Shown: in pieces, positions 19,701 through 26,487 of the stretch
Position numbering within the stretch: position 1 is the stretch's first letter
Layout of the letters: each line of letters begins with the position of its first letter
Origin: Oscillospiraceae bacterium
Lineage (GTDB): Bacteria; Bacillota; Clostridia; Oscillospirales; SIG627
DNA length: 64,000 bases
Assembly: GCA_015065085.1 (NCBI GenBank)
Contig: SVQW01000002.1
Location: forward strand, 132,197 to 196,196
Reading direction: 5' to 3'
The notes under the pieces: generated by a model
What the model was told of the DNA's origin: nothing
Databases searched by the model: none
Seen by the model: the letters and a program-made list of their open reading frames with translations, nothing else
Position numbers and translations under genes: made by a program

Positions 19701-20246
19701 AGCGACATCTTCATCGCAATCCATTTTGAATTTTTTGGCAAAATTTTCTTTTATTTTTTTCTTTTCTTCATCTGAAATCGAAGAAAGCGGTTTTTCACCT
19801 TCATTGCCGTTTTTCTTGCCCGATTCCCATTCGGTGCCGTAGCTTTTACGTATACAATTTCTTATTCTTTCGTTGGGAACGGCAAATATGACCTCGAGAA
19901 GCAGCTCGGGGGTAAGGCAGGGATGCTTTTTTTCAACCGCTTTTTCGGTTGCTTCCTTCAATTTACGCTTCATATACAATTCATCCAGGAATCCCGTAGA
20001 TTTGGGGTCGGACACATACTCATTGAGTATGTCGGAAGCAACATCCATGTCTATTCCGTTTTTAATGAATATTTCCTTAAAGATTGTTATTATCGCCGTT
20101 TCTTTCGTTCCGGTACTTTCCTGCACCGTTTTTATTACCGCCAGAAGAAACCGCTCCACCGTGAGAATTCCCAAAGTATTGTTGCCTATAAACTTTGAGT
20201 AAGACAGCAACGAATCCAGCAAAGCACTGTTTTTTATTTCAGCCAT
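16728..20246 (-). CDS. 1172-aa soluble hybrid AAA+ protease: Clp_N-like + ClpB-D2-type AAA + REC-like + FtsH-type AAA + M41 metalloprotease
   Basis: N-terminal double Clp_N-like repeat (LTVERFLLAVIK / LTPELLLEVIF). AAA_2 module: IFGQDNAI, GPPGVGKT (~19423-19450), DMSEY, LLFDEIEKAH. Central CheY-like segment: KVIVFAQEE...ALALFDVNYG (~18270-18625). Classic AAA module: GPPGTGKT (~17886-17915), VFVDEIDA, ATNF, RRFDR. HEAGH zinc motif at 17220-17234. No TM segment. Confidence 0.9.
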   Translation of the reverse strand: MAEIKNSALLDSLLSYSKFIGNNTLGILTVERFLLAVIKTVQESTGTKETAIITIFKEIFIKNGIDMDVASDILNEYVSDPKSTGFLDELYMKRKLKEATEKAVEKKHPCLTPELLLEVIFAVPNERIRNCIRKSYGTEWESGKKNGNEGEKPLSSISDEEKKKIKENFAKKFKMDCDEDVALEEKKPAKKPQPEVKLPQEKLPDNPKEKMEYLVNKVKNIQKALSGKIFGQDNAISVFASGYFRSELLALTDKTRTRPRATFLFAGPPGVGKTFLAESAAMELGLPFMRFDMSEYADKEANIEFCGSDKVYKNGKAGNVTSFVEKNPRCVLLFDEIEKAHMCVIHLFLQMLDAGRLRDNYTDNEVSFSDTIIILTTNAGKQLYENSENGDFSCVTRKVILKALQNDKNPETGVPFFPGAICSRFASGNVVMFNHISAHSLRMIAKNEVLRHARDFENEIGVKVDIDEKVYTALLFAEGGATDARTVRSRAEAFFDDELFELFRLAASDSLKGSVKKINNINITLDLPSDNDEVLSLFEGMEPPKVIVFAQEEIAQLCSDARCGCSFIHVSDLDSAKKVIRENEIALALFDVNYGIRNPLNEYLNVEDVDSSARDFLHFIRENYNQLPTYLLETRAHQFNDEEKVSFMRQGVRGVITLEGNKKSFSQDMDIICAALHQQNSMETLAKANKLVRFETAQCLKNGGKTAEIRLFDFRMEIALDAEDSENILSNVSKPNISFDKVIGAEDAKKELKYFAEYLRNPKKYIGTGVRAPRGVLLYGPPGTGKTMLAKAMASESDATFITAEGNQFLKKYVGEGPEKVHELFRTARKYAPAIVFVDEIDAIAKERKGGDNNSGAEEILTAFLTEMDGFKNDVTKPVFVLAATNFDVEPGSPKSLDGALMRRFDRRVYIDLPNKQERIRYMRLKASENPIYTISEEKIENIAVRSTGMSLAALESVFEMSLRTAIREGDIKVTDEAFEEAFETFTSGEKKKWDPSQLERTARHEAGHAFICYESGETPSYLTVVARGDHGGYMQHGDTENKGSYTKDELVSRIRTALGGRAAEIVYYGNKDGISTGASGDLNSATNMAQHIICTYGMDEEFGLATIESESARSGELSREVRSSVNKILAEQLQLAVEIIEKNRKKMDALVDALITQNHLSGAEIESILKG

Positions 20247-20248
20247 TA

Positions 20249-20548
20249 TTAAATATCCCCTTTTGAATCATTTTTTTCTATTTTATATCCCAGTGCGATT
20301 ATAAGCTTCAGCGTCCCGATTGCCGTTATGCGGTCGTATTCCTTTTCTGATTCGGGAAGCTCATTATACGGCACAAGGCAGGGTGTGGTCTTTTTTATGT
20401 CGTCCCTTTTTTCGCCTAATGTCCAGCCCTCGGCAATACGCGCCTTTGCCCAGGTTTCATGAACATTTTCGGCTATTTTTTCCGTAAGCTCAATAAGCTC
20501 GCGGTCAAGACTTATATTATCTGTATTTATGGGTTTTGGTGTATACAT
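20249..20548 (-). CDS. stand-alone RyR (ryanodine-receptor-type) domain protein, 99 aa
   Basis: IAENVHETWAKARIAEGWTLGEKRDDIKKTTPCLVPYNELPESEKEYDRITAIGTLKLIIALGY matches the bacterial RyR-domain signature (HExWa...GWxxGexrd...kxxPxLvPyxeLxexeKexDR). GGAG RBS. The stop lies 2 nt before the next ATG. Confidence 0.85.
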   Translation of the reverse strand: MYTPKPINTDNISLDRELIELTEKIAENVHETWAKARIAEGWTLGEKRDDIKKTTPCLVPYNELPESEKEYDRITAIGTLKLIIALGYKIEKNDSKGDI

Positions 20549-20617
20549 ATTTTCTCCGTTATTATAGAATTCTGAAAATGCTTCTTATGCGACAGGCAAT
20601 TCAAATTTTATTTATCA

Positions 20618-21559
20618 TCAGTAGAAAAGTCCCAGCGAATTAAGAATGAATATCCATCCGAAAAGAGTAACAAGGCAGAAGGCAGAGGTCAATACCACCG
20701 CTTGCGCCGCCAGCTTTTCGTCACCGCCCATCTGCTGTGCCATAGTGAATGATGAAACGGCAACAGGCGAGCCGAAGGTGACCAGCAGGCACACAAGAGG
20801 CTCTCCGCGAAAGCCCATAAGCACCGCCGCCGTAAGAGCTATAACGGGAACTATGATAAGCCTTGCCGAAAGAATTATAAGGTTTTCTTTTTCGTATCCC
20901 TTTATGCTTGAAAAAGTGAAGCTTGCACCCAGTGTTATTATGGCAAGAGGGGTTGCAGCCTTTGAAATATCGCTCACCGACTTTTCAATAAGCTGAGGCA
21001 TTTTCAAGCCGGTTGCAAAAAACAATACACCGATAAGACAGCCTATTATAAGAGGGTTGGTAATAATTCCTTTGATGAGCTTTTTGAAATTTACATTTCC
21101 GTCGCGGAAACGTTCCAGGCAAACCACTGCAAGCACATTGAAGGTGGGCACAACTATCGCAACCATAAGCGAGGTAAGACCCGTGGTTTTATCCGAGCAG
21201 ATATAGTCCGCAAGAGGCACACCGAGAATTGCAAAGTTAGAGCGGAAAAAGCCCTGAAGCATAACGCCGCGTCGGGTATTGTCCTTTGTTACTGATTTGA
21301 CGAAGAAATAGCCCGCCGTAAACACGGCTATAACGCATATTTCGGTAAAAACAATGAGCTTTATGTCAAACACATCGCCCGACTCTGTTTTATAGATATT
21401 ATAAAACAGCAGTACCGGCAAAAACACCTTGAATACAAGCTTATTTATGCCGTCAAAAACCTTTTGGTCGGCTACTTTAAGATTTTTAAGCACATAGCCT
21501 ACCAGCATAAGTATGAATATGGGCATTATAGAGTCAAATGACAACTTGAGACTTTCCAT
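20618..21559 (-). CDS. AEC (auxin efflux carrier / malate-permease-like) family transporter
   Basis: 313-aa protein with about 10 TM segments, a two-half topology and a central loop, as in the Mem_trans family. Confidence 0.85.
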   Translation of the reverse strand: MESLKLSFDSIMPIFILMLVGYVLKNLKVADQKVFDGINKLVFKVFLPVLLFYNIYKTESGDVFDIKLIVFTEICVIAVFTAGYFFVKSVTKDNTRRGVMLQGFFRSNFAILGVPLADYICSDKTTGLTSLMVAIVVPTFNVLAVVCLERFRDGNVNFKKLIKGIITNPLIIGCLIGVLFFATGLKMPQLIEKSVSDISKAATPLAIITLGASFTFSSIKGYEKENLIILSARLIIVPVIALTAAVLMGFRGEPLVCLLVTFGSPVAVSSFTMAQQMGGDEKLAAQAVVLTSAFCLVTLFGWIFILNSLGLFY

Positions 21560-21577
21560 AAATTCTCCTTAAATCCG

Positions 21578-22546
21578 TTAAAGTACAACAACAAACAAAA
21601 GATACATAAGAGGTATTGTTATGACCGCCAGTGTGTGAGATATCATGGTCATGGCGGCACCTGTTTTGGTATCTCCGCCGTATGCCGCAGGGTATACAAT
21701 GGTGTTCATTCCCAGCGGTGTTGCAAAAGCAACAAGCGCCAGTGAAACGATTTCGTCATTTGTTCCCAAAAGCTTCAGTATTGAAACTATAACGGCAGGA
21801 ATGACTATAAGTCTTGCTGCTGTAACAATATAGACTTTTTTATTGACAAACAGACTTTTGAACTCATATCCGCCGATAACAACACCTGCCAGCACCATAG
21901 CAACAGGGCCCATACAGCTTCCCGCGTTGGAAAACGCCGTAAGCAAAAATTCCGGCACAAAGCGTTTTAAATTGAGAAGTCCGAAAGCGACACCCACAAC
22001 AAGCGCCAGCATTGGAGGTGCAAGAAATCCCTTCATGATGTTTTTTATAACACCTGCATTCTGTTCCTTGGGAATGAGTATGTAAAGTCCCCAACTGCTG
22101 CAAATTATACCTACTATCAGGGTAAACATGGAGTATTTGAAAAACATTTCGCTTCCCCATACACCCAGTACAATAAAGTTACCCATAAATCCGTAGTTGC
22201 CGAAGGTAAGTGCATATTTATAGATATTACGCTGATAGGCAAGCTCGGCACTTTCACGGTGGCGTCTGACAAACAATGCAGACAGCGGGTACGCCGCGGC
22301 GACAGCCACAGCCACTACAACAGCGCCGTACAGAATCAGCTTGGAGTTTTCTTTAAAGGTTTCAACGGTACAGTTAGTCATCTGATTATGCAGGCTTAGT
22401 GCAGGAACAAATATGTAGGTCTCCAGACGCGACATGGTGACATAAGCATTGGAGGGAAGTATATTACTCTTTCTGAGCACAATTCCCAGCACAATAAAAG
22501 TGAACATCAACAGCATCTGATTGAGCGTCAAACCAAAAATTTCCAT
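21578..22546 (-). CDS. AEC family transporter (tandem paralogue)
   Basis: 322-aa polytopic protein with the same architecture as the adjacent gene. Confidence 0.85.
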   Translation of the reverse strand: MEIFGLTLNQMLLMFTFIVLGIVLRKSNILPSNAYVTMSRLETYIFVPALSLHNQMTNCTVETFKENSKLILYGAVVVAVAVAAAYPLSALFVRRHRESAELAYQRNIYKYALTFGNYGFMGNFIVLGVWGSEMFFKYSMFTLIVGIICSSWGLYILIPKEQNAGVIKNIMKGFLAPPMLALVVGVAFGLLNLKRFVPEFLLTAFSNAGSCMGPVAMVLAGVVIGGYEFKSLFVNKKVYIVTAARLIVIPAVIVSILKLLGTNDEIVSLALVAFATPLGMNTIVYPAAYGGDTKTGAAMTMISHTLAVITIPLMYLLFVVVL

Positions 22547-22577
22547 TTATCTGACCTCGCAATTTTTTATTTGTGTG

Positions 22578-23039
22578 TTATTCTTTATATATCATGTCGT
22601 CGGTACCCAGATTTTCAAGTACCGGCAGCATCCCACGCGCCTCGGATTTTGCAGTTTCGAGGTCATGCTCAAGGTAATTTCCGCATTCAATTTTTGTATT
22701 TCCCGGAATTTCACCTTCATAATTCGCCGTGAAGCTAAAGGCGTCCTTCACCAGCTCAAGTGCATCGGCACGGCTGACTGTATCGCGGAGCAAAAGATAA
22801 AAGCCCGTTCTGCAGCCCATTGGACCGAAGTATATCACACTTTCGCCGAAACGGCTGTTTCTCACGTATGTTGCAAATATATGCTCCATGGTATGCATGG
22901 AGCCGTTGGTCAGGTAATCCCCTCCGTTGGGCTTCTTCACACGGATATCGTATGTTACAACATCGCCGTCGATGCGTGAAATATACACGCCTCTTTCAAG
23001 AATATCGTGGTTGACCTTAAAGCTTTCGATTTTTTTCAT
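22578..23039 (-). CDS. luxS: S-ribosylhomocysteine lyase
   Basis: HTMEH metal motif, GCRTGFY, N-terminal FKVNHD and a length of 153 aa. Confidence 0.95.
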   Translation of the reverse strand: MKKIESFKVNHDILERGVYISRIDGDVVTYDIRVKKPNGGDYLTNGSMHTMEHIFATYVRNSRFGESVIYFGPMGCRTGFYLLLRDTVSRADALELVKDAFSFTANYEGEIPGNTKIECGNYLEHDLETAKSEARGMLPVLENLGTDDMIYKE

Positions 23040-23049
23040 CGTTTTTTCC

Positions 23050-24102
23050 TTACCTTATGTAAATCTTAAAATTATCTGTTTTATAGCCATCAAAGGCTCC
23101 CTGCGCCTCCACGCGGACAGTATGCAGTCGGCCCTCCTTTTTAAAGGCACGCAACACCTCATACACTGCTACCGACGACTGTGGAACACTGTCCTTATCC
23201 CATATATCATCACAAGCATCAATTGCATCCTGAACAGCGACAGGATCACTTTGTCTGCCTGTCAGAAATTCTTCCAGACGTACATATACACGGTGCCATA
23301 TATCCGGGGTAAGAGGTGCGATGCTCCGTATTGCAAGGGCGTGTGGCGAAAGCTTATAACCGCCTTCAAACACTTCTACCGTTGATGCCGGCGGAAGGGA
23401 TTCGATAATTCTGAACTTCACATCCTCGGGAAATGCCAGTGCAGTGGTCGCAAGATAGGTATCTCCATCCTCGGAAATGCCTATCATCATGGGAAAATTA
23501 ATGCGGGTAACAAAAATTCTGTCCGGAATCTGTTGGCGCATCACCAGCCCAACCACCTCGGACGGAATATATGAAAATGAACAGCTCATAGCCTCGTCGG
23601 TTGCCATGCCGTTATTCACAAGACAGGATATGTGCTGACACGCAAGGTCGCTCATGTGTATTGCGGTACCATCCGAAAGGTGCGGGTAATTGCTGATAAC
23701 ACCCTCGGTTTTAGAAGAAAATACGTATCCTTTTTTCTCCAGCTCCAGAGCTAATTCACAGCGCTTTTTATCCGTTTCCTCGTTGAGAAAAACTCCTGCG
23801 GTGCCGTTGGCAATATACGAAAGAGTTCCGTCGGAGCTTACAAAGGGATGACCCCACCGTACATCTCCGCCTGATTTTGAACGGCTGTGAAGAAAACCCA
23901 TATTCCCCTCAAATTTTATGCCGTCGGTTTCGTTGAGAAAATCAGCCATGTCACCCACTACCTTTACGCTGTTGAGCTTTTTGCCGTCATGGGTGGTAAT
24001 GCCCGTATAATAACCACCGCCATAGCCTTCCTGTTTTTTCATCATTTCACACAGAATGGGTGCAGCTCTTCTTTTTCCTATATATCCAGCTATATTACAC
24101 AT
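23050..24102 (-). CDS. class-II (Ntn) glutamine amidotransferase-domain protein
   Basis: Start moved to ATG 24102 so that the product begins MCNIAGYIG (N-terminal nucleophile Cys). GGGAGAG RBS upstream. The C-terminal half is uncharacterised. Confidence 0.75.
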   Translation of the reverse strand: MCNIAGYIGKRRAAPILCEMMKKQEGYGGGYYTGITTHDGKKLNSVKVVGDMADFLNETDGIKFEGNMGFLHSRSKSGGDVRWGHPFVSSDGTLSYIANGTAGVFLNEETDKKRCELALELEKKGYVFSSKTEGVISNYPHLSDGTAIHMSDLACQHISCLVNNGMATDEAMSCSFSYIPSEVVGLVMRQQIPDRIFVTRINFPMMIGISEDGDTYLATTALAFPEDVKFRIIESLPPASTVEVFEGGYKLSPHALAIRSIAPLTPDIWHRVYVRLEEFLTGRQSDPVAVQDAIDACDDIWDKDSVPQSSVAVYEVLRAFKKEGRLHTVRVEAQGAFDGYKTDNFKIYIR

Positions 24103-24175
24103 ACTTATCTCTCCCAAAGTCATACTTTTACCGATACATTATACAACATATAAAGCGAAAAATCAACATTAAAAC

Positions 24176-24205
24176 ACAAAAAAACAGGCTGTTGCCTGTT
24201 TTTTG
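24176..24205. terminator. intrinsic terminator (bidirectional shape) after the PHP gene
   Basis: Stem AACAGGC / GCCTGTT (24183-24189 / 24194-24200), flanked by A-rich and T-rich runs. Confidence 0.7.
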
Positions 24206-24213
24206 CGTCAGTA

Positions 24214-24999
24214 TTATACATCTTTTTTCTGTATATCCGTAACAGTGGGTCTGCCAATATAGTTAAGCCCGTATTTTTCAACCATCTCATAAGCTTTCTT
24301 AAGCGATTCGCCGTCAAATGCCGCATTCACATCATGGGCATCAAAGCCGAAAACCACAGGACATTTTTCCTGACCTGCCATTTCCCAAAAGCTTCCGTAC
24401 GGATAGTTGCGCCCGTCGCGTATTCCCAAAAAGTTCAATTCCAACGGAACATTATACTCGCGGGAGTTAACACATATTCTACGCATTTTTTCGTTATATA
24501 CCGCTTCGTTCCCCGTAAATCTCACCATATCGGGATGTGCAATATATGTGAATACGCCGCTTTTAATACCTGAAACAATACAATTTACATACTCTTCGAG
24601 CACCCCTTCATCTTCGGTTCTCTTGTTGCAATGAATTCCGTCGGGAAGCTCCTCGTGCATGTAATGCTCGCCCAGAATCAGATATTCCGCTCCGCTTTTT
24701 TTGACAAAATTGAACATATCATTGAACTTTTCAGGGTAATATTCCATTTCAAAGCCGATTTTGATGTCAATCTTGTCCTTATATTTTTCACGAAGACCGG
24801 TGAGCATGGAAAAATATTCCCCTACCCTTGCCGTCGGTACTCTGTAACCTGCTTCCTTTCCGCATGAGCATATAAATGGTGCATGATCTGAAAATCCCAT
24901 GTGCGTTATTCCGCAATCAATTGCTCTGAGTATATACTCCTCGGGCGTTCCGGTAGCATGGGAGCACATAAAGGTATGTGTGTGGTAGTTGTATGTCAT
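24214..24999 (-). CDS. PHP-domain histidinol-phosphatase family (HisJ-like) protein
   Basis: YHTHTFMCSHA, GFSDHAP and a later HPD motif, as in the PHP metal-dependent phosphoesterase fold. Confidence 0.85.
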   Translation of the reverse strand: MTYNYHTHTFMCSHATGTPEEYILRAIDCGITHMGFSDHAPFICSCGKEAGYRVPTARVGEYFSMLTGLREKYKDKIDIKIGFEMEYYPEKFNDMFNFVKKSGAEYLILGEHYMHEELPDGIHCNKRTEDEGVLEEYVNCIVSGIKSGVFTYIAHPDMVRFTGNEAVYNEKMRRICVNSREYNVPLELNFLGIRDGRNYPYGSFWEMAGQEKCPVVFGFDAHDVNAAFDGESLKKAYEMVEKYGLNYIGRPTVTDIQKKDV

Positions 25000-25017
25000 G
25001 ATATTGCCTTTCCTGAT

Positions 25018-26463
25018 TTACACTCTGAAAAATTCCTCGCCCAGTTTTTCAAGTATTGCCTTTGCAAGGTTTATACCGGCAACCTGGGCACCCGCTCCGT
25101 CGGGATGAACGCCGTCGATAAAGGTAATATTCCAGTCCTTGGTTTCCACAACGGTTATATTCTCATATTCCTCGGTTACAAAGCGGATAAGACCTGCCTT
25201 CTGCTGACCGAAGGGAATTGCATAGAAAATGGGAGTGGAGGGATACTTCTCAACCATGACATCCAGCGCCTTTTTAAGTTCGTTTTTAAACTGGTTATCT
25301 GCGAACCGTGAGTCGTTTGTACCGTGGTTAATAACGATAACATCGGGAACAAAACCCTCGATCTCGCTTACGTTTTCGCTGATATTGGTAATGGCGTTGA
25401 TAAAGGTGTTAAAGGAGCCGACGGAAATAATACCCGTAGCGCCATAGCCCACACTGTGAGTAACCGCGCCCAGCATTTTTGAGCAATAATAAGGATATGC
25501 ATGAGTAGCGCTGTTTCCGTCGCTGTCTGCAAGCATATTGAGGGCACGTATGCCTTCGGTTATGCTGTCGCCGTAGTACGCAATAACCTTGTTCTGAGGA
25601 ATTATTCCGTAAACCTTACCGTCATTTACCGTAATATCCTTAAGTGCAAAACCCTTTTCCTCAACCCATTTGCCTTCGCCCTCGGTCATACCGTCCGCCC
25701 ATATACAAACCGTATGTTTGCCGTTGTCGGGGAGCTGAACCGTGGGAATTGTTATATGCTGACGTATGGGCTGTGCACCGTCTATTGAATAAGCAAAGAA
25801 CGGTGTTTTGCCTGTGGTTATGACGGTAAAATTCACATCAAAGCTGTTTGCGCCGTCCGTCATAAAGTGGAAGGTGCTTCCGTCTGACAGAGTGACATTG
25901 TGCTTTACACCGTCAATATCCTTTTCAAACCAACGGCCTACAAAGCCGGGGGTACTTTTGCCAAGCAACTTATATGAGGGATAAGCAATACCCTCCAGCC
26001 AAATCTGGTATTCCGCCATTTTCACATCCTCCTCGTCCGAACCTTCGACGCTGAAAATATAAGCTTCTCTCATCTTATCCGACCACAGCACCTTGCCATC
26101 AAACGCTTCCGCAACAAAGCGTGCAGGCGCAAGAGTTCTTCCGCCCAAAAGAAGCGGTGCCACATCCATAGCGTATTCGGTGCCGTTAATGTACATAATG
26201 TTGCTTCCGATAGTGGCAACAACCGTTTTATCGCCCTTGGTTGCAGTAACGGTTCTGGTAGGATCATCCCATTCAACAACTGCACCCATCTTTTCAAAAA
26301 CAGCACGTAACGGAACCATAGTTCTTCCGCCTATTATCTGCGGTTTCACGTCAAATTCTACTATTTCACCGTCCAAAAGCACTGTCACTGTCTCATTTTC
26401 GTAAGCCAAAGCAGTAAAAATACATACTGTCAGAAGTAACATACAAACAAGAAACTTTTTCAT
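25018..26463 (-). CDS. secreted SGNH/GDSL hydrolase with copper-amine-oxidase-N-like 'stalk' domain
   Basis: Signal peptide MKKFLVCMLLLTVCIFTALA. GRTMVPLRAVFEKMGAVVEWD stalk repeat. SGNH blocks YYGDSITEG and DGVHPD. Start set at ATG 26463 (AGAGGTG RBS). The track start is a GTG inside that RBS. Confidence 0.8.
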   Translation of the reverse strand: MKKFLVCMLLLTVCIFTALAYENETVTVLLDGEIVEFDVKPQIIGGRTMVPLRAVFEKMGAVVEWDDPTRTVTATKGDKTVVATIGSNIMYINGTEYAMDVAPLLLGGRTLAPARFVAEAFDGKVLWSDKMREAYIFSVEGSDEEDVKMAEYQIWLEGIAYPSYKLLGKSTPGFVGRWFEKDIDGVKHNVTLSDGSTFHFMTDGANSFDVNFTVITTGKTPFFAYSIDGAQPIRQHITIPTVQLPDNGKHTVCIWADGMTEGEGKWVEEKGFALKDITVNDGKVYGIIPQNKVIAYYGDSITEGIRALNMLADSDGNSATHAYPYYCSKMLGAVTHSVGYGATGIISVGSFNTFINAITNISENVSEIEGFVPDVIVINHGTNDSRFADNQFKNELKKALDVMVEKYPSTPIFYAIPFGQQKAGLIRFVTEEYENITVVETKDWNITFIDGVHPDGAGAQVAGINLAKAILEKLGEEFFRV

Positions 26464-26487
26464 ATAAAACACCTCTTCAAATTCTTT

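Noticed and set aside
20549-20617. Possible dedicated promoter for the RyR/AAA+ module (TATAAT at 20561-20566)
   Set aside because: There is no acceptable -35 at 16-19 nt (the nearest TTGAAT is 32 nt away) and no TG extension. The resulting leader would be only a few nt long. I mention it in a finding but do not call it as a feature.
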